Assembly (NCBI GenBank): GCA_022837635.1
Contig: JALHFY010000002.1
Location: forward strand, 69,055 to 133,054
Source: Candidatus Shapirobacteria bacterium
Lineage (GTDB): Bacteria > Patescibacteriota > Microgenomatia > UBA12405
Direction of reading: 5' to 3'
Length of the DNA: 64,000 nt
Made by a program: the position numbers and the translations under genes. Of the stretch, positions 18,109 to 28,523 are shown piece after piece. The first letter of the stretch is position 1; every line of letters begins with the position of its first letter. The notes under the pieces were generated by a model. The model was not told the origin of the DNA and made no database searches. It was given only the letters and a program-made list of their open reading frames with translations.

Positions 18109-18680
18109 TGGACAGAGAGGAAAAAATAAAAAAAGTAATTAAAAACCGACAGGAAGGAATAATAGTTTTGGAAAATATTGCTGATCCGCATAATGCTGGA
18201 GCGGTGTGGCGGACAGCGGAGGGATTGGGTTTTCAAAAAATATATTTAGTCTATTCACAGGAAAAAATGATTAATCCAAAACGAGTAGGCAAAGCGAGCT
18301 CTAGTAGTGCCAATAAATGGCTAAGTTTTAAAATTTTTAAAAGTATAAAAGATTGTTATAAAGAATTAAAAAAAGAGGATTTCAAAATTTTTGCGACAAC
18401 TCTCGATAAGGATTCAAAAAATCTTCGATCTTCAGACTTCAGTCTTCAGAAAATTGCTATAGTACTGGGAAATGAGCATCGGGGCTTATCGGCAGAAGCA
18501 ATAGCAGGGGCGGATGAAAAAATTTATATCCCAATGAAGGGAATGGTGCAGAGTTTTAATATATCGGTAGCTGCGGCAATAGTGATGTATGAGGTAATAA
18601 GGCAGAGAGATCAAAAAAACTACTCTTTGGGCATAGAAGAAAAGAAACAATTATTGAAAGAGTGGGTCCGCCTTCGTTGA
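18105..18680 (+). CDS. trmH: TrmH/SpoU RNA methyltransferase
   Basis: DPHNAGAVWRT, GNEHRG and IPMKGMVQSFNISVA motifs. Confidence 0.85.
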   Translation: MMDREEKIKKVIKNRQEGIIVLENIADPHNAGAVWRTAEGLGFQKIYLVYSQEKMINPKRVGKASSSSANKWLSFKIFKSIKDCYKELKKEDFKIFATTLDKDSKNLRSSDFSLQKIAIVLGNEHRGLSAEAIAGADEKIYIPMKGMVQSFNISVAAAIVMYEVIRQRDQKNYSLGIEEKKQLLKEWVRLR

Positions 18681-18707
18681 CTCCGACGAGTCGAGGTACA
18701 ATAGGCT

Positions 18708-20444
18708 ATGAAATGGAACTTGGAAGATATTTTAAAGGTCAAGGATTTTGAGAAGTTATCTAAAGAAGTTGAGAGGGACCTGGAAAAACTTAAACTCTTG
18801 GTAAAAAAACTGTCGCCAAAAATGAGTCAGAAAGAATTTAAAAAATTGCTTTTATTTGAAGAGGAAATGGGAATAAAACTGTCAAGATTGGCATATCTGC
18901 CACACTTGATGGAAGCGGTGGACCAAAAAGATCAACGGGCCAAAGTGTTGACCAGAAAGGCTGAGGATTTGGGTTTAAAAATAAGTGAAGTGAGTACTAA
19001 AATTGGCTTATGGATACAAGGGAAAATAGAACCACAATTGGATAATAAAAACGCAAAAAGACTCTTTGGAGTGATTAAAGATTTAGAGTATTCTCTTTTA
19101 AGGAGTCGAGAGGGAGCTAAATTTTCCTTAAACGAGAAAGAAGAAGAAATTATTAGACATAAAGACAGTAACGGAGTGGGAGTGATTGGCGACCTGCGCC
19201 GCATGATAGAAACTGAATTTGAATATAAATTAGGGAAGAAAAAAATTAAGAGTCAGGCGGAATTGTTGAGTTTGGTTCACAGTCCTGAGAGCAAAGTTCG
19301 AGAAGATGCCTATAGAGCTTTGTTAGAGACCCAGAAAAAGAATATTGATAAGTTTTTTGCAATGTACCAGGCAATTGTCAGGGATTGGGCTTATGAGGCA
19401 AAATTAAGGGGTTATCAGAGCCCAATTAGTGTGCGAAATTGGGGAAACGATGTTCCGGATAAGGCGGTAGAGAGTTTGTTGTTGGTGTGTACAGAAGAAA
19501 AAGAAGTGTTTTGGGATTATTTTAAGTGGAAGGCAAAAAGTTTGGGGGTTAAGCAATTAAAACGTTTTGATATTTATGCCCCGGTGGTCAAAAAAGATAA
19601 AAAGATAAGCTATGGGGAGGCGATAGCAGTGGTTTTAGAGAGTTTTAAGGAGTTTTCGAGTGAATTTTGGGAAGCAGCTAGAGAGATAGTAGAAAAGAAG
19701 CATATTGATGTTTATCCTTCACCGGTAAAAATAGGCGGAGCCTTTTGTGCCACAGTGGAACCTAAAATCAATCCTTATATTATGCTAAATTTTACCGGAA
19801 AAACGCGTGATATCAGTACTTTAGCTCACGAATTGGGGCATGGAGTACATTCAATTTTGGCTAATAAACATCTGGCCTCGGTACAACAATCCGGATTACC
19901 ACTGGCGGAGACAGCCTCAACTTTAGCTGAGTTAGTGGTGTTTGAAAAAATGATGGCTCAAGAAAAAGACAAGGAGTTGAAAAAAGCCTGGCTTTCCGAA
20001 AAAATTGCCGATGCCTATGCCAGCGTTTGTCGACAGAATTATTTTGTCAAATTTGAAATTGAAGCTCATGAGAAGATGAGTCAAGGATTGTCGCCAGAAG
20101 ATTTATCGGCAATGTATTTAAGGAATTTAACAGATCAGTTCGGAGACAGTGTGGTGATTGATCCCCTCTTTGCTTATGAGTGGTCGTATGTATCGCATTT
20201 ATTTGAGAGTCCTTTTTATTGCTATGCTTACAATTTTGGAGAGTTGTTGTCTTATAATCTATATCGAAAATATCAGAAAGATAAGGGGTTTTTGAAAAAA
20301 ATCATTAAAATATTGGCTACAGGGGGAAGTGAAAAACCGAGCAAAATTTTGGCCACAGTGGGAGTGGATATAGAAAAAAAGGAATTTTGGCGGGAAAGTT
20401 TTGAAGTAATTAAGTACTGGCAAAAAGAATTGGAAGAGTTGTGA
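18708..20444 (+). CDS. pepF: Oligoendopeptidase F (M3B)
   Basis: GGAFC, HELGHGVH, AETAS and FYCYAY motifs. Confidence 0.9.
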   Translation: MKWNLEDILKVKDFEKLSKEVERDLEKLKLLVKKLSPKMSQKEFKKLLLFEEEMGIKLSRLAYLPHLMEAVDQKDQRAKVLTRKAEDLGLKISEVSTKIGLWIQGKIEPQLDNKNAKRLFGVIKDLEYSLLRSREGAKFSLNEKEEEIIRHKDSNGVGVIGDLRRMIETEFEYKLGKKKIKSQAELLSLVHSPESKVREDAYRALLETQKKNIDKFFAMYQAIVRDWAYEAKLRGYQSPISVRNWGNDVPDKAVESLLLVCTEEKEVFWDYFKWKAKSLGVKQLKRFDIYAPVVKKDKKISYGEAIAVVLESFKEFSSEFWEAAREIVEKKHIDVYPSPVKIGGAFCATVEPKINPYIMLNFTGKTRDISTLAHELGHGVHSILANKHLASVQQSGLPLAETASTLAELVVFEKMMAQEKDKELKKAWLSEKIADAYASVCRQNYFVKFEIEAHEKMSQGLSPEDLSAMYLRNLTDQFGDSVVIDPLFAYEWSYVSHLFESPFYCYAYNFGELLSYNLYRKYQKDKGFLKKIIKILATGGSEKPSKILATVGVDIEKKEFWRESFEVIKYWQKELEEL

Positions 20445-20462
20445 TAGAATAAGTTAAGCAGG

Positions 20463-21110
20463 ATGAAAGAAGAAATAAAGAAGAGGCTGTCGGCTTTCTT
20501 TGACAGCTATCCAATTAAGAAGTACAAGAAAGGGCAAGTGTTATTTGAGGCCGGTCAAAGCTTTGATTCCGTTTATTGGGTGAAAAGTGGTTATTTGTGG
20601 GCTTACGACTTAAATAAAGAAGAAAAAGAAATCGGAATTCAAGTGTTTCAACCCTTATATTATTTTCCATTAATTGCCCTAAAAACAGGTGGAAAATGTC
20701 AACATAGGATTGAGAGTTTGACGCCGGTAGAGATATTGGTAGCACCAAAAACAGATTTTGAAAAATTTTTAGTTAAAAATCCCCGAATTGACGAGGCTAT
20801 TAACTTGTCAATTATGGAAAAATTTACGGATTTGACGGCTTATATGTCGCAATTGGTGGGTGGAGATGCTTATGCTAAGGTGGCAGGGTTAATTTACAAT
20901 CTGGCTAAAGAGTTTGGAGTGAGTCGTAGTGGTAAGGTTAATACAAAGTTTAAGATTACTCATAAATTTATTGCCTCATTAACCGGTTTGACCAGGGAGA
21001 CAGTGACTTTACAGATGTTGAAACTGGAGAAAAACAAGGTAATTGACAATGAGCGACGTCAGGTCACAATTTTGGATAATAAGGAACTAAAAAGAATTTT
21101 GGGCTACTAA
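20463..21110 (+). CDS. Crp/Fnr-family transcriptional regulator
   Basis: cNMP-binding domain plus HTH ITH..IASLTGLTRETVT. Confidence 0.9.
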   Translation: MKEEIKKRLSAFFDSYPIKKYKKGQVLFEAGQSFDSVYWVKSGYLWAYDLNKEEKEIGIQVFQPLYYFPLIALKTGGKCQHRIESLTPVEILVAPKTDFEKFLVKNPRIDEAINLSIMEKFTDLTAYMSQLVGGDAYAKVAGLIYNLAKEFGVSRSGKVNTKFKITHKFIASLTGLTRETVTLQMLKLEKNKVIDNERRQVTILDNKELKRILGY

Positions 21111-21111
21111 A

Positions 21112-21669
21112 TTACTCGCGACAACAGTCAAGAATTTTGCCGATGATGTTACTGACTTTGCCTAGAAAATCGGATTTTTTGTAGGTGATGGGGGTATCAA
21201 AACCCTTCCCCATCCCTTCCCTTGACAGGGCAGGGAGATTTTTATTTTTTATTAAACCTAAATTAAGGCCCCAGAAGAGATTGTAGAGGTGGTAGGATTT
21301 CTCAAAAAATTTATGAGCCGATTTATGATCACCTTTGGTTTGGGCCTTGGTGCCAACTTCAAAAAGTCGCATGGAAGCGGCCAAAAGATGTTTACTGGTA
21401 CACCAAAGCTCCCCTTCTGGATTCTTGACAATCAATTTCATTAATTCTTTACGCATTTCTCGAGCTTCGTTGAGGATATTGAAATATTTGATTTTGCCGG
21501 TTTTGTTGCCGGTAAAAAACAAATGCTCTTCGATACTGATGAGATTCATAATAGCCAAAGACAAATCTTCATCGGAACTGAGATCTAATTTATGACCGGC
21601 TTCGGCAGTTTTAACCTTATCCATAAAATTTTTAAGATTAAGATTGGAGAGATGTTGATTTTTTTTCAT
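21112..21669 (-). CDS. Conserved hypothetical protein
   Basis: EDLSLAIMNLISIEEH, WCTSKHLL and C-terminal DCCRE. Carries an in-frame hairpin insertion at about 21199-21241. Confidence 0.6.
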   Translation of the reverse strand: MKKNQHLSNLNLKNFMDKVKTAEAGHKLDLSSDEDLSLAIMNLISIEEHLFFTGNKTGKIKYFNILNEAREMRKELMKLIVKNPEGELWCTSKHLLAASMRLFEVGTKAQTKGDHKSAHKFFEKSYHLYNLFWGLNLGLIKNKNLPALSREGMGKGFDTPITYKKSDFLGKVSNIIGKILDCCRE

Positions 21670-22163
21670 AGCTTAAAAGCCAACTTAAAAAACAAGGTAA
21701 TTAGTAAAAGTGAAGCTAAAGGAATGGCCACTTTAGCATAAGGAAAAGGAGTTTTGTTGCCATTTTTAGCCTTAATGTAGGGATAAAACCAATTGGCGAA
21801 AAACAAGGTCAAGAGACCGATGGTGGTACCAAAAACGAGTTTGTCGATACCCAAAAGAGTGTTGCCGGGAGCGCCGATTTGATCGGTAATTTTGAAATAA
21901 ATCAACACTGTGAGGTATAAGAGAAGAGAGACAAGGTAGGGATTTTGAAAAATTTTGGGAGTGGCTTTGGTGGCTAACCAATAGGCAATGGCAGTACTCA
22001 GGGCGGAAAGCCACAAGGAAGCAAGAAAATCGTCGATACCTAATTTTTGGGCCAAAAGCATACCGCCGCCGACAGTGACAATACAGACGGGACATTGGGC
22101 CTGGACGGGAGAAGTCAGTAACCAGAAACTAAAAACTAGAATAAAAGCAGAAAGAAAAAGCAT
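21666..22163 (-). CDS. Membrane protein with CPVC motif
   Basis: AQCPVC followed by four TM helices. Confidence 0.6.
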   Translation of the reverse strand: MLFLSAFILVFSFWLLTSPVQAQCPVCIVTVGGGMLLAQKLGIDDFLASLWLSALSTAIAYWLATKATPKIFQNPYLVSLLLYLTVLIYFKITDQIGAPGNTLLGIDKLVFGTTIGLLTLFFANWFYPYIKAKNGNKTPFPYAKVAIPLASLLLITLFFKLAFKL

Positions 22164-22166
22164 GCT

Positions 22167-22517
22167 TTATTTTACACGAGAGGGAATTTTTTTGGCTTTT
22201 TTGATGACTTTGTTTTCTTTTTTATCGTCGTTTTTTTTATCAAGACCGAGAAGACGGATAAGGAAATAAACAACGACAGCTATGACTAAAAAGTCGATGA
22301 GGGTAGAAATAAAATGGCCGTAGAGAACTTCGATGGGGCCAATTTTAAAGGTAGCGTCTTTGAGACCTCCGGCCATACCGATAACAACACTTAAAAAGGG
22401 GTTGATGATGTCGCTTACTAAAGCGCTAACTAGCTTGGAAACAGCACCACCCAAAATAAAACCGGTGGCCAAACCGACAATACCTTGTTTTTTGATGAAA
22501 TCGAAAAAATCTTGCAT
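22167..22517 (-). CDS. mscL: Large-conductance mechanosensitive channel
   Basis: F.DFI...IVGLA.G.ILGGA...LV.DIINP and YG.FI...IDF motifs. Confidence 0.9.
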   Translation of the reverse strand: MQDFFDFIKKQGIVGLATGFILGGAVSKLVSALVSDIINPFLSVVIGMAGGLKDATFKIGPIEVLYGHFISTLIDFLVIAVVVYFLIRLLGLDKKNDDKKENKVIKKAKKIPSRVK

Positions 22518-22544
22518 AAGGAAATTATAGCAAAGTTGTGGGTA

Positions 22545-23384
22545 TTATTGTTGGCATTTTGGACAGTAAAAGGTACCGCGGCCACCAAGTTTTTGATATT
22601 TAATTTTAGTTCTACATTTAAGACAAGGCTCCCCTTTTCTTTCGTAAACCCGGAAAAAAAACTGGTTTTTGCCCTTGGTGCCATCGGGGCGGAGATATTT
22701 ATTGTCCCGAGCAGTGGAACCGCCGGAAAGAACTGACTGGCGCATAATAGAAAGTAGAGAATTATGGAGCTTAAGGGATTTAGATTTTGAAACTCGGTTG
22801 GCGGGAGTAGTGGGGAGTATATGAGCCAAAAAAAGAGCGTCATTGGCATAAATATTGCCAATGCCAGCAAAATAATGCTGGTCTAAGAGAACTATTTTGA
22901 CGGGCCGGCGGGATTTTTGAAGTTGGGAGTGGAAGTATTCCAGAGTAAAAAGAGGATCAAAAATATCGTGACCCAAATTAGATTGGAAGAGTTTTAATGC
23001 TTTAGAACTAAAGAGACGGACCCAGCCGAATTTACGCTGGTCATTGAAATAAAGCCGAGAGCGGTCACTAAAAGTAAAAATTAGGCGGGTGGATTTTACC
23101 GGCATGGGGAGAGAAGCTTCTTTGGTGGGGTGACCGAGAGTAAAGCCCTCGTAAATAAGCTGACCGGTCATTTTAAGATGAACCAAGAGAACGAGACGGT
23201 TGGATAAATGAACGGAAAGTTGCTTGCCAATGCGGGAAAATTTGACAATTTTTTGACCTTCGACAAAACGGAGGTTGCCAACAAAAGATTTGGGGCTAAG
23301 AATTTTGATTTTACTAATGGTTTTACCAAGAAGATGATCTTCTAAAAAGAGTCTAACTACTTCAACTTCGGGAAGCTCAGGCAT
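22545..23384 (-). CDS. mutM: Formamidopyrimidine-DNA glycosylase
   Basis: MPELPEVE start, HLKMTG, GIGNIYA and C-terminal Zn finger. Confidence 0.95.
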   Translation of the reverse strand: MPELPEVEVVRLFLEDHLLGKTISKIKILSPKSFVGNLRFVEGQKIVKFSRIGKQLSVHLSNRLVLLVHLKMTGQLIYEGFTLGHPTKEASLPMPVKSTRLIFTFSDRSRLYFNDQRKFGWVRLFSSKALKLFQSNLGHDIFDPLFTLEYFHSQLQKSRRPVKIVLLDQHYFAGIGNIYANDALFLAHILPTTPANRVSKSKSLKLHNSLLSIMRQSVLSGGSTARDNKYLRPDGTKGKNQFFFRVYERKGEPCLKCRTKIKYQKLGGRGTFYCPKCQQ

Positions 23385-23437
23385 GAATGAATTATAAAGA
23401 AACCAGAAACCAGAAACTAGAAACAAGAATTAAGATG

Positions 23438-24358
23438 TTAAGTAAGGTCGTCGATGTCGATTGCAGAAATGGTTTTGTTATCAGCCAGATGTCGCAGACC
23501 AATATTCATGTCGGTAAAACTATCTTTGATGTTGGAAAAAGCATTTAGATAAGTTTGGGTTTGGGTAACATAACCCATAACTAAAACCAAATCAGAAATA
23601 TCTTTTTCACCCTGAAGAACGGCAAAAACTAGATAGACCAGGATAAAAAAGTAGAAAATGACAGAAGCACCCTGTAGGAAATTCCATTCCTTAAAAGACC
23701 AGTTGGTAATCCGTCGGAAATGACGATTGTAGGAAGTTTGCTCTAAGTCAAAGTCATTATCTGCCTGCATTTTGGCGTAATAAGCCTCAGTTTTAGAGTT
23801 TTGAATATCGCGCAGATGTGAATAGCGCTGGGTAGTGAAATAATCAATAAAGTAATAAATGAGAATATAGGCAAAATTGATAACAAAGGCAGGAAAATCA
23901 ATGACAAATAAAATTAAAGGAATGAAAATCAATGAGACTAAACTGTCAATACCGGGTTGTTTGATGAGGTTGAGAGTGGTGGCAGCAGCATCAGAGAAGT
24001 TGCGAACAGCTTGGATGGTAACTGAACGTTCAGTTTTGGTAGCAGGATGGTGATCTAAAAGAAAGAAATTGTGAATATCCAAACTGAGTTTACTGATGAG
24101 ATATTCCAATTTGGAAATAGACAAAAGACGAAGATAATTATCAACCAAGCGAGACAGGAGAATCAGAAATAAGGTGATTGAAACTAAAGAAAAAGAAGCT
24201 TTAATTTCCAACAATCTAATAATCCTAGAATAAAGGTAAATGGTAATTAGTGGAAAAATAGCGGAAATAAAGCGAACAAGTGCCCAAAAAGCGAGAGCGG
24301 AGCGGTCATGAACAATTTTAAGTAAAAACTTAAAAGCTTTACGAGTAGCAGAGTGCAT
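23438..24358 (-). CDS. ABC-transporter transmembrane-domain-like protein (no NBD)
   Basis: Six-helix pattern typical of ABC exporter TMDs; no Walker motifs. Confidence 0.5.
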   Translation of the reverse strand: MHSATRKAFKFLLKIVHDRSALAFWALVRFISAIFPLITIYLYSRIIRLLEIKASFSLVSITLFLILLSRLVDNYLRLLSISKLEYLISKLSLDIHNFFLLDHHPATKTERSVTIQAVRNFSDAAATTLNLIKQPGIDSLVSLIFIPLILFVIDFPAFVINFAYILIYYFIDYFTTQRYSHLRDIQNSKTEAYYAKMQADNDFDLEQTSYNRHFRRITNWSFKEWNFLQGASVIFYFFILVYLVFAVLQGEKDISDLVLVMGYVTQTQTYLNAFSNIKDSFTDMNIGLRHLADNKTISAIDIDDLT

Positions 24359-24426
24359 GAATTCATTATAGATAAAGAAAACAGAAACTAGAAACTAGAG
24401 ACTAGAATTGAGTTAAAATAAAAGTT

Positions 24427-25413
24427 ATGGAAGAAAATATTTATGACTCTGTGGTCATCGGTTCGGGACCGGGAGGGCTGACCGCCGCGATTTATAATGC
24501 CCGAGCTGATTTGAAAACAGTGGTGATAGCCGGCGATATCCCTGGTGGACAATTGACAATTACTACAGTAGTCGACAACTGGCCAGGTTTTCCTAAAGGA
24601 ACCGGTGGAGTGAAGTTGATGATGGACATGCAGGAGCAAGTAAAAAATTTGGGAGTGGAAATTTGGATAGATACAGTCAAGACAATAACCAAAAAACCTG
24701 CCTCATCGGCAGGCAATTTCCAAATAGAGTTGGAGTCGGGTAAAACAATTCAAACTAGATCGGTGATTATAGCCACTGGAGCCAGAGCCAGGTGGTTAGG
24801 ATTGAAAAATGAAAAAGAGTTAATTGGTCGAGGAATTTCGGGGTGTGCCACCTGTGACGGAATGTTTTTTAAGGACAAGGTGGTAGCGGTGGTCGGTGGA
24901 GGGAATGTGGCCTGTGAGGATGCGGCATTTTTATCTAAAATTGCTAAAAAAGTTTATCTGATTCACCGTCGAGATCAGTTGAGGGCGATTTCAGCTGAGG
25001 CTAAAAAAGTTTTAGATAACGAAAAAATAGAAAAAGTTTGGAATAGTGAGGTGGTGGAAATAAATTCCAATAACCAAAAAACAAGTGTTCCAAACAATGT
25101 CCAATTACACAATATAAGGATTAAAAATAATCAAACAGGAAAAGAAGAAATTTTGCCGGTAGATGGGTTGTTTGTAGCCATAGGTCGAGTGCCGTCAACT
25201 GATTTTATCAAAGAGATGGTTAATCTAAACGAAAATGGTTATATAATCACCGGTCAGGATACAATGTATAGCAGTATGACCTCAACACCGGGAATATTTG
25301 CGGCTGGGGATTGTATGGATGAATGGTATCGACAAGCAATTGTGGCGGCTGGAGCTGGAGCTAAAGCTTCAATTGATTGTCACAGATGGTTATCGACTGA
25401 AACGAGTCACTAA
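24427..25413 (+). CDS. trxB: Thioredoxin reductase
   Basis: GSGPGGLTAA, CATCDG, GGGNVA and FAAGD motifs. Contains two short in-frame repeat insertions. Confidence 0.95.
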   Translation: MEENIYDSVVIGSGPGGLTAAIYNARADLKTVVIAGDIPGGQLTITTVVDNWPGFPKGTGGVKLMMDMQEQVKNLGVEIWIDTVKTITKKPASSAGNFQIELESGKTIQTRSVIIATGARARWLGLKNEKELIGRGISGCATCDGMFFKDKVVAVVGGGNVACEDAAFLSKIAKKVYLIHRRDQLRAISAEAKKVLDNEKIEKVWNSEVVEINSNNQKTSVPNNVQLHNIRIKNNQTGKEEILPVDGLFVAIGRVPSTDFIKEMVNLNENGYIITGQDTMYSSMTSTPGIFAAGDCMDEWYRQAIVAAGAGAKASIDCHRWLSTETSH

Positions 25414-26577
25414 ATTGCGGATTTTTTTGAGAAAAACTGGTCGGGAAAATTTGAGAGCGTTTCGATAACAATCTTGTGGATTCAGGTGGCTTTGATTAAG
25501 TTTTTGGATGGCGGTAGCACAAGAATCAGGGGTTAGTTTATCAAAAAGAAAGCCAGTTTTGCCGTGGATAACAGTTTCTCTAATACCGCCACTATTGTAG
25601 CCAATAACAGGACAACCTAGAGCCTGGGCTTCAACAGAGACCATGCCAAAATCTTCATTATCGGAACAGAAAAGATAGGCCTTGGCAGTCTTAAAAAGAG
25701 TTTCTTTTTGGGATTGAGTAACTTCACCTAAAAATTCAGTCTTGGGGCCAGCCAATTTTCTTAATTCTGCTTCAAATCCGGCAAAATCACGGCCAAAAAT
25801 TTTAAGAGGTAAATTAAGTTTTTTGCAGGCTAAAATGGCGATATCATAGCGTTTGGCCCTGGCTAAACGACCACCGGTGAGATAAAAGCACTCATCTGGT
25901 TTTTGGCGGTCCTCGCTACCTTCGGGCTGTCCTCCGACTGCGTCGGAGTCACGCGTTCGCTGCGGTCCTGAAAAACCAGATTTCGTTAACTTTAATGGAA
26001 CTTCGATGGGGGGGTTGATGACGATAGCAGAACGGCGGTAGAACTTTTTAATACGAGCAGCGGTAGTTTGAGAATTGGCGATATATTGGTCGACGTTTTG
26101 GGAAAACTTAAAATCGGCTAGACGTAAAAAATGGTTGGCAATGTTGGCCAAAAATTTTAAGAGAGGATATTTTTGAAAATTACGAGCGGTAGGAAGACCA
26201 TAAAGATAGCGAGGTGGAGTATGGCAATAACAAATAAGCTTGGCAGATTTTTTGTTGACAGCATTGGGGAAATAAGCTCCAGTGGCAGAACTAATAATCA
26301 AATCATAACCAGAAAAATCAAAGAACTTAAAAGCCAAAGGGGATAAAAGACGGAGAGGGCTGATAATTTTGTGAGCAAAGGGAATATATTTAAAAAAAGA
26401 TTGATGAACCCGATGGTCCCATTTTTTTTGCAAACGACTTCGGTGAGGACCGAAATAAGATGGGGCGTAAAAGGAAGTGAAAATATCAGCTTTAGGGTAA
26501 AGATCGGTTAAAGTTTCAAAAACCGCTTCAGCGCCACCGTATTCTTTGAGATAGTCATGAACCAAGGCAATACGCAT
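25390..26577 (-). CDS. Glycosyltransferase family 4
   Basis: MRIALVHDYL...GGAE, YCHTPPRYLY and EDFGMVSVEAQA motifs. In-frame hairpin insertion at 25890-25986. Confidence 0.9.
   Translation of the reverse strand: MRIALVHDYLKEYGGAEAVFETLTDLYPKADIFTSFYAPSYFGPHRSRLQKKWDHRVHQSFFKYIPFAHKIISPLRLLSPLAFKFFDFSGYDLIISSATGAYFPNAVNKKSAKLICYCHTPPRYLYGLPTARNFQKYPLLKFLANIANHFLRLADFKFSQNVDQYIANSQTTAARIKKFYRRSAIVINPPIEVPLKLTKSGFSGPQRTRDSDAVGGQPEGSEDRQKPDECFYLTGGRLARAKRYDIAILACKKLNLPLKIFGRDFAGFEAELRKLAGPKTEFLGEVTQSQKETLFKTAKAYLFCSDNEDFGMVSVEAQALGCPVIGYNSGGIRETVIHGKTGFLFDKLTPDSCATAIQKLNQSHLNPQDCYRNALKFSRPVFLKKIRNLVTRFSR
25890..25986. repeat. About 95-bp palindromic element inserted in frame in the GT4 gene
   Basis: ATCTGGTTTTT/AAAAACCAGAT inverted repeat enclosing a GC-rich inner hairpin CTCCGAC..GTCGGAG. 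Confidence 0.8.
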
Positions 26578-26594
26578 GGCATATAATAGCAAAA

Positions 26595-27500
26595 TTAAAA
26601 TAAGGAGGTTTGTTGTGAAGGAGCGGCGGTTGGTGTCTTGATATTTAGTTTACGCTTAAGACGGGAAGAGAGGGATTTGAAGTGATATTGATCAAAAAGA
26701 GAGAGAAGACTAAGATATTTATCTGGAGTGAGTTTGGCGGATTTAAATTTATATTTAAGTGGGATATTGGTCACAATAGTGGCCAGTTTTTGCGACAAAT
26801 AAGCATTGTCGCGATCTTTTTCTAGTTTTTGTCTAATAGTGGGTTTAATTTCTGATAAATGATGGTAAATATTGTCTAAGCTTTGGTACTTTTCCAAAAG
26901 TTCAGTGGCAGTTTTAGGACCGATACCGGCGACTCCAGGATAATTGTCGGACATATCCCCCATTAGAGCTTTGAGGTCGATCACTTGATTGGGGAAAACA
27001 CCTAAACGATCTTTAACCTCGTTAATACCATAAGTTTTAGTTTCGGAGAGACCGCGAACAGGGACGAAGAGAAAAGTTTTAGAGTCGACCAACTGCATTA
27101 AATCTTTGTCACCGGTGATAATGGTGATTTTTTTTAGTTTTTTAGCACGTCGAGCCAGAGTACCAATGAGATCGTCGGCTTCAAAACCACCTAGAGATAA
27201 GGCGGAAAGTCCGGCGTTTTCAAGAGTTTGGGGTAAAAGAGGTAGTTGAGAAACGAGATCTCTGTCAGCGGGTTGGCGTTTGGCTCGATAACCAATAAAT
27301 TCTTGTTGACGGAAGGTGGGGCCAGGGGAATCAAGACAGACTAGAAGATGGCTTGGTTGGAGGATGTCGATAGAGGACAAAAGCATGGAATAAAAACCAT
27401 ATAGGGCATTAACAGGCTGACCGTCGAGACTGAGAGGAGGAATAGAGTGATAGGCGCGATGAGCAATGGCATGACCATCAATGATGACTAAATGAGACAT
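26595..27500 (-). CDS. Standalone 5'-3' exonuclease (PolA N-terminal-like)
   Basis: IDG...HRAYH, EADD, TGDKD and GD.SDN.PGV.GIGPKTA motifs. No polymerase domain. Confidence 0.9.
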   Translation of the reverse strand: MSHLVIIDGHAIAHRAYHSIPPLSLDGQPVNALYGFYSMLLSSIDILQPSHLLVCLDSPGPTFRQQEFIGYRAKRQPADRDLVSQLPLLPQTLENAGLSALSLGGFEADDLIGTLARRAKKLKKITIITGDKDLMQLVDSKTFLFVPVRGLSETKTYGINEVKDRLGVFPNQVIDLKALMGDMSDNYPGVAGIGPKTATELLEKYQSLDNIYHHLSEIKPTIRQKLEKDRDNAYLSQKLATIVTNIPLKYKFKSAKLTPDKYLSLLSLFDQYHFKSLSSRLKRKLNIKTPTAAPSQQTSLF

Positions 27501-27564
27501 AGGATATTATAAAAGATACCAGAAACAAGATACTAGAAATTAGAAATTAAGGTAGAATTTAATA

Positions 27565-28500
27565 ATGGAACAGCATCCGATTCCACAGCAAATCAGTTCC
27601 TACGAGTTCAAATTGGTAGGAGACATGACGCTGAAACAATTTGGAAAGGCGGCCGGGGGAATAATTTTGGCGGTGCTAATAAACACGACAGTTTTGCCTT
27701 TTTTTATAAAATGGCCACTAATGTTGATATCAGCAGTGGGAGGATTAGCACTGGCGTTTTTACCTTATCAAGATAGACCACTAGAAACTTGGATTGGAGC
27801 TTTTTTGAAGTCAATATATTCACCAACCGTATTTATTTATAAAAAGAAAAAGCCGGAAAACTGGTTGGATATTGACTTGACAAAAAAAATTGAAAATAAA
27901 GAGGAGGAAAAAATTGAAGTACCACAGAAGGAAGAAAGAAAAGTAAAAGAATTTATCGAGTCACTGCCGTCAGTAGAACGAGAGAGACGAGTTAAAGAGG
28001 ATTTGAAAACAGAAGAAGTGGAAAAAATTGCGGAAAAAATGGAGGAGAAGGTAAAAGAGAAACTAGAAACGAGAAAACAGAAACCAGAAATAAAACAAGA
28101 GGAGGAAACGGGGGACAAGACAAAGGGTATGGGAGTGGAGAGTCGACCCGTGGGACCTAAATTAGACTTAAAAACTCAAAAATTAGAGGCGACAGGAGAT
28201 GCGGTTTTTGGCAGTATTCCCATGCCTAGTATTCCAGAAACGCCTAATGTCTTGGTGGGAATGGTTTTGAGCACTGATAATAAAATTGTGGAAGGGGCAA
28301 TTGTGGATTTGCAAGATAAAAGTGGTAATTCAGCTAGGGTCTTAAAAACCAATCAGTTAGGTCAATTCAAAACGCTAACACCATTAAGTCCAGGAAAATA
28401 CTTAGTAGTCACGGAAAAAGAGGGCTTAAAGTTTGATCGAGTCGAAATAGAATTAGATGGAAAAATCGTGCAACCCTTAAAAATTATCGCCAAAGCTTAA
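27565..28500 (+). CDS. PrgI-family protein with C-terminal carboxypeptidase-regulatory-like domain
   Basis: MEQHPIPQQISSYEFKLVGDMTLKQF N-terminus typical of CPR PrgI; two TM helices. Confidence 0.8.
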   Translation: MEQHPIPQQISSYEFKLVGDMTLKQFGKAAGGIILAVLINTTVLPFFIKWPLMLISAVGGLALAFLPYQDRPLETWIGAFLKSIYSPTVFIYKKKKPENWLDIDLTKKIENKEEEKIEVPQKEERKVKEFIESLPSVERERRVKEDLKTEEVEKIAEKMEEKVKEKLETRKQKPEIKQEEETGDKTKGMGVESRPVGPKLDLKTQKLEATGDAVFGSIPMPSIPETPNVLVGMVLSTDNKIVEGAIVDLQDKSGNSARVLKTNQLGQFKTLTPLSPGKYLVVTEKEGLKFDRVEIELDGKIVQPLKIIAKA

Positions 28501-28523
28501 TTAAATAAGTTATGATTGTATAA

